From positions 79,422,001-79,486,000 of the forward strand of contig OZ024740.1 in NCBI GenBank assembly GCA_964016885.1: a stretch of 64,000 bases of DNA. Reading direction: 5' to 3'. The notes under the pieces were generated by a model. The model was not told where the DNA came from. It did no database searches and saw nothing but the letters and a program-made list of their open reading frames with translations. A program made the translations under genes and the position numbers. Shown one piece after another: positions 36,687-51,744 of this stretch (position 1 is the first letter of the stretch; each line of letters opens with the position of its first letter). The stretch comes from Eledone cirrhosa (lineage: Eukaryota).

Positions 36687-37955
36687 TGAGATTCCATGCT
36701 ACCTGAAAGGTTTTCCACAGCTTTCTAAATACAGTTATGACTTAGATCAGGCAATATAACACCAAATCTATCATCATTATCATCACTGCTCCATTGTAAA
36801 CTCTCATTGCTTGAGAAATTGCAGGGCTCAGAAGTGTTTTATTACAGTTCCTTAACATTACACATCATTAATACATGAAATTTCCGATATTTGATATCCA
36901 GCTGTTATGAAACCTCTAAGTGATTACAGTATTATTTGAATTGCTCCTGCAGCGTATAGTAAAGAGCTGTTTAGAATGATTGGTGTGCTGTTGACTAACA
37001 CCTGTCTGCTAACCAGATACATCTAGTTCCACCTAACAAGGCATCTGGGCTATCGTTGATTATGGATCTCATTTCTGATATTTATTCTTAGTCAGACCGA
37101 TTCACTACACATTTTCTTTCTAAATAAACTGTTATAAAAATGGAGTATTACAATTCTGCAAGAAATAATTTTTTAAAATTTCAGTTATTTCCATTTTCAA
37201 CCCCCTTCCTGGATATCCAATATTTCTTTGATTTAATTTTAACAGCAAAGTTCTTGTCATTTAAAATGTTTGTAGTTATGGCATAACGTTTACTGATGCC
37301 AACCAACGTGACTTTAAAAAAGCAGTTAAATAACCCCCATTACAACTATAAATTTGGTGCAATAGCAGCTACATACCCTAGAAAGACCCAACAGATACAT
37401 ATAAATTAAGCTGTGCAACATACTATTTTCAATTACATAAATTTTGTCAGTTAAAATTCTTCTTCAGTGAATCAGACTAAGAACATAATTCTGAAATAAG
37501 ATCCAAAGGAAGTGATAATGGTACCTGAACATATAGCTGTTTGGGTTGGTTCATGTGCTGGTAATTAACACCTGCTTGCCAGCCATACACACTTAATTTC
37601 TCTTGATGAGGATCTGATAGAAAAAATTGCTTTATGAATTAGTGTAAGACAAAGATTTGAACTCATCTTTTCTAGCTGGTCTCATCTGATAAATTTAACA
37701 ATACATTACTGTTATCTGCCTCTTCTAAAAGTTTGAAGATGTTTCACTAAAGGTTCCTTTCACTCTCAATTAATTTTGTCTGCTGCGTTAACCTTTTTGA
37801 TACCAAACTACTTGAAATTGCTCTTCATTCTGATACAAAACTGTTTTGTTTTTTTTTGTTTTTTTTTTTTAAATAGTTTATAGTTATGTAAAAACCTCCC
37901 ATCATTATTATTGTAGGAACCCTTGTTAGAATATGTTATATATAGAGAGGGTGGT

Positions 37956-38138
37956 TGATTGGCAGTATCGGTTGAGGGTTGGGCGCCATGCTTTGACGCA
38001 TAGTTACAGCCCTTGCCATTCTGAGTTCAAATCCCGCCGAGGTTAACTTTGCCTTTCATCCTTACAGGGTCGATAAAATAAAGTACCAGTAATGCACTGG
38101 GTAATTGCTGGCCTTGTGCCAAAAATAGAAACAATTAT
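37956..38138 (+). mobile_element. SINE family A (Meta-like)
   Basis: Family match with flanking direct repeat TATATATAGAGAG. Confidence 0.85.
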
Positions 38139-38918
38139 ATATAGAGAGAATATGTATAGAATTTGTTATATATAGCAGTGTCTTTCATTAGAAATATAAC
38201 GAAAATATCTCTAATTTATCTCAAAACTACAATATCATTAAAAAAGGAAATTGATGTGATTTTGTGGGGCATTAGCTGCTACTTTTAACAAGTCTATGCT
38301 ATTCTGTAATGGCTTCCTCATTGTCCAACTTTTCTCATTTCAGTTGTATAATGTGTGTCATTGAGAACCAAATGACAGCAATTAACTTGGTGCTTTCCTA
38401 AATGTTTGTATTGACACAGTGTTAGATACACAAAATTAGTAATTAAAATATTAAATATCAAATCATGCCATCAGCCACATGTCTAATTGTACACAGATTT
38501 GTTAGATCTCAAAAATATATCTCACAATATTTGTAATAATTGATCAGGTTTTGGCTTAAACTACCATGATACACTAGTTAGTGTATTATGACAGTTTTGA
38601 AAGCCATGTTAACTAGACTGTAACTGATTATAATGGAACAGTATCGATAGAGTAATTTGAACTTAAATAGCAGTGTCTGGTGTATTTGAAGTCGGCCAAT
38701 GTTTTGTTTGCCTTACCAAGCCGGTGTCTATAAATAACCATTAGGAAATCAGCCACAATTCAATAGGTTTATCAGTTCTTAGAGCACAACTAGATAGTAA
38801 AATATTCAGTGGTTAGCATTAACATTTTTTCTTGGTTGGTTCTTTGTTCATAGTTTTAAAGTATATTCATTCTCAAGATACAAGACAGCCAGTGGAATTG
38901 TGAACAGTCCTGGGAAAT

Positions 38919-39974
38919 GCTAGTGACAGTCCCAGGTCATATGTAAAATGTCAGTATCCATAGCTGGTGATAGTCCCAGGTCATATGTAAAATGTCAGTA
39001 TCCATAGCTGGTGACAGTCCCAGGTCATATGTAAAATGTCAGTATCCTTAGCTGGTGATAGTCCCAGGTCATATGTAAAATGTCAGTATCCTTAGCTGGT
39101 GATAGTCCCAGGTCATATGTAAAATGTCAGTATCCTTAGCTGGTGATAGTCCCAGGTCATATGTAAAATGTCAGTATCCTTAGCTGGTGATAGTCCCAGG
39201 TCATATGTAAAATGTCAGTATCCATAGCTGGTGACAGTCCCAGGTCATATGTAAAATGTCAGTAGCCTTAGCTGGTTATAGTCTTGGTCCATATGTAAAA
39301 TATAGGCACCCATAGCTGGTGATAGTCCCATATCCTTAGCTGGTGACAGTCCCATGTCATATGTAAAATGTCAGTATCCTTAGCTGGTGACAGTCCCATG
39401 TCATATGTAAAATGTATGTATCCTTAGCTAGTGACAATCCCAGGTCATGTAAAATGTCAGTATCCTTAGCTGGTGACAGTCCCATGTCATGTAAAATGTC
39501 AGTATCCTTAGCTGGTGACAGTCCCAGGTCATATGTAAAATGTCAGTATCCTTAGCTGGTGACAGTCCCAGGTCATATGTAAAATGTATGTATCCTTAGC
39601 TGGTGACAGTCCCATGTCATATGTAAAATGTATGTATCCTTAGCTGGTGACAGTCCCATGTCATATGTAAAATATAGGTGCCCATAGCTAGTGACAATCC
39701 CAGGTCATATATAAAATATAGGTGCCCTTAGCTGGTGACAGTCCCAGGTCATATGTAAAATGTATGTATCCTTAGCTGGTGACAGTCCCAGGTCATATGT
39801 AAAATGTATGTATCCTTAGCTGGTGACAGTCCCAGGTCATATGTAAAATGTATGTATCCTTAGCTGGTGACAGTCACAGGTCATATATAAAATATAGGTG
39901 CCCATAGCTAGTGACAATCCCAGGTCATATGTAAAATATAGGTGCCCATAGCTGGTGACAGTCCCAGGTCATAT
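38919..39974. repeat. 44-bp minisatellite (~24 copies)
   Basis: Unit GCTGGTGACAGTCCCAGGTCATATGTAAAATGTCAGTATCCTTA with variants. Confidence 0.95.
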
Positions 39975-40531
39975 CATTAGCTGACCTGGGCCAACTGGAA
40001 ATGTAAACCTTATTTCAAAGTGCTTGATAAGTTATCAAGACTAAATAATTGTTTCTACTTTTGGCACAAGGCCAGCAAATACCCAGTGTATTACTGGTAC
40101 TTTATTTTATTGACCTCGTAAGGATGAAAGGCAAAGTTAACCTTGGCGGGAAGACTAAATAATACATACAATTTATGTATGGCTTATGTGTATATACATG
40201 TCAATACAAGTAACAAAATAAAAGAACTAGAATTTGACGGCTCAGAACAACTGACTCGCTAATAGCGGATTACATTGTTTTTTAAGATAACATGCAATTT
40301 ATTAAATTTTTAATGGTAAGAATTTACTGAATATCACATTAAATTATCAGTTAAGTTAACTACAACAGCTATACAAATCATGCTTTGTATATATATTTGT
40401 GTGTGTATGTGTGAGAGAGAGAGAAAAAATAGGGTTTGATAAATGCAATGACTGACTTGGTTACTTAGATTTCTGTGTATGCCAAGTAATTTGCTGATTA
40501 TTTATATACTTATGTTCACTTTTATTGGTTA

Positions 40532-41458
40532 CTAGCAGTAAAGCCCGGCGTTGCTCGGGGTCGCTCAGTAGCTGTGTTAAAGTTACAATGTTAAGTTTCT
40601 TTCTTGGCTTAAAAACTGTAGTGTCTACTGTGCAGACTTGCATGTGGTGTTTTTGATTAATATTCCCTCAACCAACAATATGCCTTATGAAGTTAAGAAA
40701 ACATAACGATAACCCGAATGTTATAACAAAAGAGGATGCTGGGGATAGAAACTGCACTGGTTATTTATTAACAAAGATCGAAAATGTAAACACTGCAACG
40801 CAGAGAAAAACATTAGCGTAACCAAATTATCAGTTATGTCTGTCTGCACGCCTATATCACCTCTCTGCACGACTATCTGTCTGCACGCCTATATCACCTC
40901 TCTGCACGACTGTCTGTCTGCGCGCCTATATCACCTCTCTGCACGACTGTCTGTCTGCACGCGTATATCACCTCTGCACGACTGTCTGTCTGCACGCCTA
41001 ACGACGAAATATTTGCTTGTTTTACGTAGTCTTTAAATAGACTTGTTTTCAAGTAAAAATATTGTTTTAAAATGCTTTTAAATGGAAATGAAGCAAAACG
41101 GAAGCTTAGTGTTCGAACTGATGAATTTTGCAGGTCAATATTTTGCTGGCTCGACAACTGTTCGTGTATTGTGTTAATGTCATTTTAAACGCTGAGAAAG
41201 CCAGCGTAATTTTTTACGTAAGACGCTCAATGTAAACAGAACAAAGGGAAATAACTGATAACTTACGCTCAAAAATGATACATTATATTCGATTTCGTCA
41301 CATAGGGTGGGTCAATTTGAAATATTTTTTTTCCGATGTCTTCGCTAGGGCTCAGTACAAGTATAGCAATTTCGGTGCAATTCCGTCAGAGATTCTAAGA
41401 GGAGATGTGTGCCAAAAATCGATAGACAGACAGACAACCACAGTTTTATATATATAGA
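40532..41458 (-). mobile_element. Non-autonomous Helitron
   Basis: Minus strand starts TCTATATATATAAAA...(CTGT)n and ends CCCGAGCAACGCCGGG hairpin...CTAG, at an A|T site. Internal ~37-bp tandem at 40838-41000. Confidence 0.85.
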
Positions 41459-43829
41459 TTGGTTTCAACTGTGTTTACAGCCTTTCAAAAAGATTTTCTT
41501 TGCAGTATTTAAAAAAGTGTTTTTCGTTTATGTTTATCTCAGATGGTTGGCCGCTTATTTTCTTGCTGCACATAAGAGATGCCACTGGTTTTATCTTTGT
41601 CTCTTATATCGAGGAATATAGATTTATGGAATGAGAAGTGACACACGAATTGATATAAATTTTAAAAAAAAACAGAAAATGCTAAAGGATTTTCTCTCAG
41701 AATAACATCAAAACATTTATTTACAAAATAGGGATTTCCGCATTTAATTGTACCGGTTTCAGCTTATATGCTTTTTCAATGACAGAAGTGTATAATGCAA
41801 TTAAATTGCATATTAATAAGAATATGGGGGGAAAAATTTGTTTTTACATAGATATTTAAGGAGAAAAGTTCACATTTTTGTCTGTAGTTTTCTTTTTCTC
41901 TCTTAGTGGTGACCTTAGCCTTACCAACAGTGGTGGTAGCAGTTTAAGCTTAAACTGCTACCACCACTTAAAGCGAACTTAACACACCCATGCCTCCACC
42001 CATATGTATATATAATGATTATATATTTATGTATTTATTTTAGTCTTCAAATTTATTATTATTACTATATATATATGTATATATATATATACATAATATA
42101 TGTATATATGTATTATATATATATATAAATTTACTAAAAACAAAGATTACGTTGGACTCCTTATTTAAGAGAATGGTGTACACATACTGAAGAATTTGTG
42201 GCTTTCAGAAAACCAGTTATTTTTCTTAACTTCGAGCGCTGTCTTGCACCTGTAAATGTTAATTCCGTTGTTTCCAGTCTTGATCTAAATTCTTTGGCAT
42301 GGCTTTGTTGGCAAATGATTACTTTAAATCATGCAAGCAATCATCGTTATGAGATAGAAGAATCACTGAGGTTTGGAGAGTGGATAACCAGCATATCATG
42401 TATTGATTTGTATTTGTTGAATAGTTTCATTTTTTTTTTCTTTTCGTTGTTTATTTTATATTTTACGTATTAGCCTGTATCTGGAAATCCGGATCACCAT
42501 GGGTCCCAATCTTGCTGGATAAATATTTCTTTACTTGTATTGCTTTTCATGAAATTGGTCTGTCAAATCTGCTTTCAGTCAACCAACAGTTTGTTTTGTT
42601 TTTATTATGTCTGTAATTTTCAATGTTTTGTAGATTGCCCTATTTTCCTTGACTACATTTGTCACTATATCTTCCTGTCAGTCAATAGGGGGGACATTAG
42701 TTTAACTTTTAACTGTTATTGTTTAAACTCAGCCCAGAATTAGCAGACATCTGAACAAAAGCTTTCCGGTGGTGCCAACTCCAGTCTTTTGTTGGAGTTT
42801 TGCAAACCTTATTCTACATTATCAAATACTTCTCTTTTGGCAGCAGTGATGTATCATTTGAAGGAAATTTCGCTGCTATATCTAACAAGCAGGTGGGCAA
42901 CTACATAAAAGCTCTCCCGTTAGCTTGCTGGTAACTGATATTAAATTATTTAAAGCAAATTGGGGATCGAATTTGCCTTTAATCTTTATTTCTTAAACAT
43001 TATCATTTTCAAGACAAACAAATTGTTTCCACAAATAGTTGTTGAATGTAGTGTTATTTTCCCCCTAGACCAAGTGAGCCAGTTGGTATTGACATACTCA
43101 CTTCAAGTTATAGTTATTTTATCCTGTTACTGTAATTCCGTCATGTACACTATACTATATGTATGTTTATATACCTGTACTCTCGGGCCTCTGGTAATGC
43201 CCCCCCCCCTCCCCCACTTATTAAATTTTGCTAATCTATCCCCAGTTAAATTAAATTTTATTTTAAATGATGGTAACATACCTGCAACAATTAATTTTCT
43301 TTTTCCATTAAAAAAATATTATACATGACAAAGTACAATTTAATACGTTATAAAATATGATGGGTTGAGGTCTCAATATGTAAATTTAACCAATTCTTGT
43401 TTTAACAAAATTAATGTAGACAACATAAAAGAAATTACCCCCCCCCCCCATTATTGGGGACCCAAGTAAATCATAGATTACTAAAGCAACCTAATGGGGT
43501 GGGGACCTTTCCCCACCTACGCCTGGACACAATACAAAATTTCTAGGGTGATGCATCAGTTATAAATTTGCCTTCCAAAAGTTGGAGGCATTTTGATTTT
43601 TAAAGTGTTCACTTGCCTTCCTCATGCTTGCCAGTTCAATATAATTTGATTTTTCTTTTCTTTACTCGGTTCTATTTACCGTGGTAGGTGTATTTGTTTA
43701 TTTACTATTAAATGTTTCAACTTTTCTTTTCTAAGTTAATACTTAATCCCTCTGGTTTTCTTTCTACACCCAGTTGTTTTAACATAGTTTGAATTTCGTT
43801 GTATTTTGCAAATTAAAATGTAGAAGAAA

Positions 43830-43868
<39 letters not shown>

Positions 43869-46800
43869 CCTTTTAAACATTCCTCTCTGTGCAGTTTTCA
43901 AAACACTTATTCAAAACGTTTAGGAGAAATAGAACTCCCCCTCTGTCTTAAGTTCTCAAAATATACTTGGTTAGAAGCAATAGAACTGTGTTAACAGTCA
44001 AATGGAAAACAAGAGAACTTAGAAAAGACAATATGATCTTAATAGAAACAAGTTTGACAAGGGTTAAAATTGCCAGAAAAAATATATACAAAGGGAAAAC
44101 CTAAATGGAATGATTAAAAGGAATCATTATGGAATACAGTAATAGAATCTTAAAAATAAATTGGTTTCTACCAAACGTTATACTCTAGTAAGAGAAACAG
44201 TCCCAGACATTGCACCATATATGGTGTAATGCGTACTCTCTGGTGCCAAATAAGAGGGGTGGGAGGGATTTTTCTTGGTTATCTTCATAGATTTTTTTTT
44301 TTTTTTAAACATAGTCATTTAGTTTACATATTGAGACCCCCCCCCCCCAACCCTTCCTATTTATTTTAAAACGTCGGGATTTCTAGTAATGTAATTTTTT
44401 TGTCATGTATGTTTATGTCCGAAGAAGATTGTCGCAGGAATGTTACCACTTAAAATAAAACTGCGCTGGAGAAAGATTAGCAAAAATTAATAAGCAGGAG
44501 GGTGTGTGTCTGACAAATAAGCGGGTTGTGGTGGGGAAGGGGACGATTATTCGAGACCCAAAAGTAATCAACCAACGGAATGGAGGTAAAACTCTAGGAC
44601 AACACAACACTTGATGTCTTAAAATATGTATGAGTAACTCTAACCTTTTTACCAACTAATCTTTGATTCTATGATACATAATTGTTTATTTTAAAGTTTT
44701 TATAAAAACCTATCAATTACATGTAAGAACTTTTTAATGTTTCAAACACTAACAATAAAAAAGTTATTTTGTTAAATCCCTCCAGTTGTTTTTTTAATTA
44801 CTTTCAAAAGTACCACATATACTCGAATATGTCAATCCAAATATAAACTGACCCCCTATTTCTTGTCTGGGAAATGAGCAAAAATCTAAACCCCATTTAT
44901 GCGCCAAGGCAGGTAATCAACACGTGTTTAGATAGCGTGGTTTAAACATTGAGTATGAAATATATTTATAAAGTTTTAATATTTTGATGTTTAAAATGCG
45001 TCGTTTAGAGAATAGTTTTTCACAACTCCATTACATAATGAGTTTCCATTATGTGAGGTTTCAACAACCTTCTCGGATTTTTGCTTACTTCTGGCCACTC
45101 ACATACTGGGAGCATTTTGAAAGCAAGAGATTGAATAAGGGAACTTTATATAGGGGTTCATAGAGTAAAGGGAGGGACAGGTACAAGTGAGAGAAATAAA
45201 ATAAAAACTAAAATTGAAAGAAAAATACTATCAGAGAAAAACGTATGTTTGTGTGCGTATGTGTATGGGATATTTATGTATTAAAAAATTCAAATTATAA
45301 AAAAATTGGAGATATTTTCAAGGAAATGCTTAAATAACACCGACTATGTAGTAAATGTAAAAAAAGTTTCATTGTGAAATTATCACTTCAGATATTTAGC
45401 ACCTTATTTACATAAAATTTGAAGTTTGAGAATATCCTAAAAATATTGACCTTGAATATAAGCAGACCCACAAAACTAACAACGTAATCATTCTATTGCA
45501 CAAATAGGAGGGGAAAAAAGCCCTATTGGCCTTCTAAATGTCATAATGCAAGCTTTTCGCAAAGATCACAAGCAATAATTGGACAAAAACTAACCATTTA
45601 AACAAATGCAATTTCCACCAGACTACCTGTATACCATAGATCACTAAATTGAACGATCAACAATATGACCTTCCACCCAGATCAGTTGGTGGTCCTTTAG
45701 CTCAATTGAGCAGGATCATCGTTTTTTTTTTGGTGTACTCACAATATTATTTGATAAAACTTCCAGGAATCTACAAAGAAATTAGATTTGGCAATGCTGT
45801 TTTATCAACTTGAGCAAGTGTCCACGCAATCTTCTATTCAACAATGTGAAACATTCACTTGCATCCAATTTGTAGTAGTCATTTAGTATTTTATAGACTT
45901 CACAGAAGTCACTAGACTGGAGATGGCAAATAACTTTCACCTGTAGCTTGGTTGTGGCATCTATCCTTAGCTGACTGATGTTGTTCGATATCCTTTTTGA
46001 TATCCATATTTATCTAGTACTGGTCGAATAGTACAGTATAGTTTTTGTTTTAGGAGTAAAGGTTGTAAAACAGCAACTTGTTCTTTGTATGATTAAATGC
46101 TGCATAGATTTTCTGAACTAGAAATAATAAAAGTGATTTATTTATGACTTTGAAAATAACTAATGTGCAGAACAATGCTACATCTTTCAATATAAGACAG
46201 AAAGATTAGAATCAAATTTCTACCCAAAAAGAACATAACATTAATTTTAAACATAATTCAAATGAGCTCTTCAGCTCACAAATTTAGGCAATAAATTTCA
46301 AGCTGGAAAGTTGTCTTAGATTTTATAACTGAGATTAGCATTGATTCGTCATTTTCAAGTTAGAACTAAAATGGTTTTAAATGCATTTTTCCATGTTGAT
46401 GAAAGAACATAGTCATAACAAGGAGGTTGAAGAGAGCTTATATTTGTCATTTTCTGCTGGATTGTGGGTAAAATTTACATATCCATGGTATACATGACTG
46501 CTGCTACACAGGCAGTGAATTATTTCAGTCAAATAACAAGTTTTCAGCTGGCATAGACTATATTCATATGTAAATAACTCCAGTCCTGGCTTCGGTTGCT
46601 TCAAATAGTGTCATTAAAAAGTCAGTTATATTGTGGAATAAATAGAAATAGCTTTTACTGCTGTCAATGGCTGTAATATTAACCTAAATCAAGGTTGTTA
46701 GAGATGTTTGGGGGTTTGGGATTTACTGCTATAGCTTCAGTGTTCATATAATGTGTATCCTTTCATTCTTCTGGCAAACTCTGCCTTTAAACTTCCCTCC

Positions 46801-47662
46801 CACCTCTGTTGACAGATAATTAACGACTCTTTAGTCCCGGCTGTCATCATACAGAGTCTAAAAGGCAAAGCATATGTTGAAAATATGAATTCCCAACCCA
46901 AGCCATTTCCCTATGTCAATTTATCTTAGTATAATATTTTAACACTTGGTGCTGGTTAAAATGGAGATTTTAATGTCATTCTTCTAAATAAAAAGTCAGT
47001 GAGTTGTCACATGAACTCATTCATTTCTGTAAATTTGACTGGTTATTTATATATTAGAGACTATCTTTAGCTCATCTTTATATATTCTTTATTAAAAATT
47101 AGTGAAATGGATCTTCTTCCTTCTAATTATCATTTTATTTATTTGATTAAAACAGATGAATGTACCGAAGAACCAACCAATCATTTTAACCTATGTGGAA
47201 ATTAAAGCAATACAATCCCTTCTTCATTCTCTAAAAACTTCTGCTAGCTGTTTGACCCACTTTAGTTGTAATTCCTCTGCCAGTAAAGAACCCATCTTCC
47301 CAATGATTCCTTACTTTAAATAGTCAACCAGCTAACTCACTTTTATTGCCTAAACATATTGAATTTAGCTTGTTTTTCTTTTCTTCAAGTTTAGTGTATT
47401 GTTTTTACATTTTTATTTTGTAAACTATAACTTTTTACTGATAACTATAACTTTACTGATTAATTTTTACTTTTGCAATGTTTTCACAGAAATTCTATGT
47501 TGAAATCTAATATTAATATACTGACCAAATTTACATGTTATCACTTTCCCGACAATTTGTACATTATTCTATGTACATACACCTTTGATGATTTGTAGTG
47601 CACTTGAGCACTGTACACAATAATTTTCATTTTGTGCCAAAAGTAGAAATAACTTATTATTA

Positions 47663-47848
47663 TTGGCAGTATCAGTAGAGGGTCGGACGCCATGCTTTGC
47701 AGCAAAGAGTTACGGCCCTTTATGATCTGAGTTCAAATCCTGCCGAGGTTAACTTTGCCTTTCATCCTTACGGAGTCGATAAAATAAAGTACCAGTAATA
47801 CACTGAGATAATTGTTGGCCTTGTGCCAAAAGTCGATACAATTATTAT
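47663..47848 (+). mobile_element. SINE family A (Meta-like); further copies at 48642-48810, 40045-40150(-) and 14115-14315
   Basis: Family match. Confidence 0.85.
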
Positions 47849-49568
47849 TAATTTCATTCTTATATTCATGATTTTAGATCAAGGCCAATTTTTCCCAGTC
47901 TTTTTTCTGTTTTAATATTTTCTCTTTCTGCGAACTGTGTGTTTGTGTGTAGTATAAAACCAGTTGACTCAAGCTTTGGGGAAATTTGAAATGTCATCCC
48001 ATGCGTCTATAGTAATACTCATCACTAAAAATAAGGGAAAATCAGGTAAACAAAAATTGAGATTTGACAGTAAGCAATTCAAGAAAAGGTGACTGATAAA
48101 ATAAATACCAGACTTCAAAAAATAAGAACTGAGTTTTTTTATGTCAACAAAAGCCCCTGCATGGACACAATTAAAAAGACAAAAAACAAGAAAATGGATG
48201 AAGAGCAACTGATCTAGTAATATGTGAAGTAATGAAAAATAGTAATTAAACCTTTAGCATTTAAACAGGTCATATCCGGGCAGAATTCTCACGTTTCTGT
48301 TCAAACCAAATTTAATTGTCCACTTCTACTGATGTTAAGGTATTGTTCTCAAAATAAATATCAAAATCTCATGGATTCAATATTTTGTGAGATAATTATG
48401 TGAGGTAAAGTGTTTACTGTGAAAATATAATAGTATATATAGAGTAATGTAAATGCTAAAGGGTTAAACTTCAGTTTTTAGTTCCAGTGAATATATTGAC
48501 TGACCCAGTGAGTATATTTTGAGTTTAGCAGGGAAAAAGATTTATAAAAATAATTCAAAATATGTCATATCAAAGCATATTTTTGATTGTCGATGTGTCA
48601 CAATGGACTTAAATAATGCAAATTTTCTAAATATGACACATTAGAGGGTCGGACGCCATGCTTTAATGCATAGTTACGGGCCTTTCCATTCTGAGTTCAA
48701 ATCCCGCTGAGGTTAACTTTGCCTTCCATCCTTATGGGGTCGATAAAATAAAGTACCAGTAATGCACTGGGGTAATTGCTGGCCTTGTGCCCAAAATAGA
48801 AACAATTATTCTTTCTAACATTTCTAGATATTAAAAAGGTTTAAAGGTTATTCTGTCCTAAAAAGCTCATTAAGTTGCTGGTTATTCCAGTTTCATTGGC
48901 GTGAAGTGATTCAGAATACAAAACCAGTCCATCACATGGTCAACTCCAAGCTCTTGCTGATACTCATTTTACTAGTCAAATGAAGTGTCTTACTCAAAGA
49001 CGACATACCATCCGGTCTGGGAATTGAGCTCATGATCTTATGAGCCCAACAACCTAATTAGATATTGGCCATAGCTAAAACAGCTAGAATAATTTTATTC
49101 CCTTATTATTATCGTTGTTGTTTTTATGACTTATTCCATGCTATCATGATTTGGATGAGATACTGCGAGCAATATTCTATCTGGGGGAGTGCCTTCCTTT
49201 CCACCAACTATTTATCTAGCAAATTCTGATATCATTGGACTTACTGACCTAGTTGGCTGTGGTGGAGAAGTCTTGTTGCATATGATTTTGGAGGTGTTTG
49301 ACAGAAAAATTTGAGCTACCCATAAGACTACAGAAGTGTCTTTGTTTATTTGTTCCTAGTTATTGTCCTTAGAAAATAATTTTTTACTAGCGCTGTGCAC
49401 ATGACCTTTGCTAACCCTTCAAGACTGATGACATTGATGGTGTTGTTTAATTTAAATTACAACACCTACAGAAAAACATGTTCAAAAGTAGGAAATTACA
49501 GAGGGATGATATTCTGGGAAGGAAGGGCTAAAAAAAAGCTGGGTAGTGTGGAGTAGACACAGAGTATC

Positions 49569-49612
<44 letters not shown>

Positions 49613-50155
49613 GTAGTGTTCTGCTGTAAACATCTTGACTATTGTTTTTCATGCAGATGGTGTTATTTTTTAATATCTTCTCCTTCTCCTCCTCCCACTT
49701 GTTTCTGATTGATCTGGCTGGATCCCAAGCAAGACCAGCTGAGCTTATGGATGTTATCCAGCCATCTTGCTCAGGGTCTACCTCTGATTCTCCTTGTTTT
49801 GCTTGTAAAATCTGTCCAGCAATTCTTGAGACATTCTAACCACATGTCCTTAGTATTGGAGCTGATCCTTTTCTTTCTTCCTCTTATCCACTCAAGCTCA
49901 CCTCTGTTTCTTCACCTGATTTTGTTGCTTTAATATTTACTACCCTGCCTACATTGTAGCAGCATCTAAAACATAACAAATTTACAAAACTAATATCTTT
50001 TTTTTGTATTTCTGCAGGTATCTTTTGCTGTTTTAAAAGATAGAATTTTCTGCTGACAATCTTGGAAAACAGGATACTGTTTTGCTAAGAAACAACTCCA
50101 TTACTTTGGAATTCTGCTGCATATACTTCAGTGAATTACTTATTTGGTTTCCAAA

Positions 50156-50429
50156 ATGGCTTCATGTCTACTTGTTACCGTTATTCTTTGCGTCCTGATA
50201 ACCACTGTTACAATTATCGTGTCATTCACCACACCAAATTGGGTTCTTTATCCATATTTTGGTGGAACGGGGATGACTAAAATAGATGTATCCTCCGTGT
50301 GTAGTTGCAACACATTCTTTACTGCTTGTGATTGTGGATTATGGCTTTACTGCACAAAGACAGGAAATTTTGCTGAGAATTGTCGCTGGTTCTTGAGCAA
50401 TGAATTCCAAATCGAGAAGGTACTTCCAG
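50156..50429 (+). CDS. First coding exon of a claudin/PMP22/EMP-superfamily tetraspan membrane protein (exon 50018-50429)
   Basis: MASCLLVTVILCVLITTVTIIVSFTTPNW (TM1 + W)...GLWLYC...C matches the W-GLW-C-C signature. Branch-like CTAAT, polypyrimidine tract and CAG acceptor at 50017, AAAATGG start context, and phase-1 donor CAG|GTTAGT. Downstream exons were not found in the window. Confidence 0.85.
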
Positions 50430-50949
50430 GTTAGTTCTTGTTTATTTCAACTCTAAATTGGATTTAAAAGAATGTTATTTAAATCATTGTTTTAGTTATT
50501 TACTTTTTTATGTATTTTTTAATGTTAAGAAAGGAGATGGGAGGTTTTGTTTACTAACTAACATCAACTTTTGATGATATTCCAAAACCTCTGTTGCTGT
50601 GAGGAACAATGGTCATCCATCATTTTAACACAAGATTTTATCACCAATCTTTTTTTTTTTTTTGAGTGTGGTGGTCTTCTTTCTCCATGGTTTCCTCCAA
50701 CTCACATTTGATGACCATTTACATCATACTTGTCTGACCAACACAGTCTTCTCTTCTGTATACACATTTGTTGGCGATTTCATTGTCCAGCCAAACTCTC
50801 AGCTTCTTATAAAAGTTAAAATTATACATCTCGTGTACACAAGAGGTGTAGAGGGATAGCAGGCAGACTAACTGAAAAAGAAGGCTTTGTATATAATGGA
50901 TGTTCAGGGACAATTCATAGTGTCAATGTTATAAATATTTTTCAATCTT

Positions 50950-51240
50950 AGGAAGGATCCACAAAAGTGATTGATAGCTTCTGCTATCTAGGTGATCTAA
51001 TTAGCAGTGGAAGAGGTTGTTCAGTAAGCATAGTAGCTAAAACAAGGACAGGATGGAAGAAGTTTAGGGAACTACTACAAATGAAAGGTTAGCTGTATAG
51101 CGCCTGTGTGTGACATGATGTTAGGCAGTGAATGTAGAGGATATGCAACAGCTGGAGAGAAATGAAGCAAGCATGCTTCAATGGATGTGCCGTGTTAATG
51201 TGCATGAACAACAAAGCATGGTTGCTCATAGGAGATGAAG
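50950..51240 (+). mobile_element. Old RTE LINE fragment
   Basis: IDSFCYLGDLISSGRGCS...RTGWKKFREL, same family as 56402-57120. Confidence 0.7.
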
Positions 51241-51680
51241 GAATATATATCCATAAACATACTGTAAATCGCTAGGTATACTTAATGTATACAGCTATAT
51301 TAGAGTAAACACCTTAATTGTATTTTCCGGCCGAGTTGTTTGATAGCTCTATATGCAAATGAGGCTAATCACCCCATGTATATAGTTGTCAAAACTGTTT
51401 TCACCTATATTGAGTTAGAGCAGGGTAAGGGAGCACTGATTTCATAATGGACAAGAGTCAAAAACAACGGTTGTTGTCAGTTACCCACCCTTTGCTTATG
51501 CTGGAATCAGCTAGATGACACTGGTTATCAGTTTCCAAATAGATAGCTGAAGGCTTTCAAAATGTTTATTTGTGAACATATCCTATATCACTAGATATAC
51601 TAAATACTCAAACTTAAATGTATAAAGCTATGTTAGAACGGAACACCTTAATTATATATATATAATGTAATATAATATTT

Positions 51681-51711
<31 letters not shown>

Positions 51712-51744
51712 AAATATATATATATATATATATTATAATGGAAG

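Noticed and set aside
40524-41464. Apparent TTGGTT duplication flanking the Helitron
   Set aside because: Short, offset from the A|T site, and Helitrons do not make TSDs. Probably chance.
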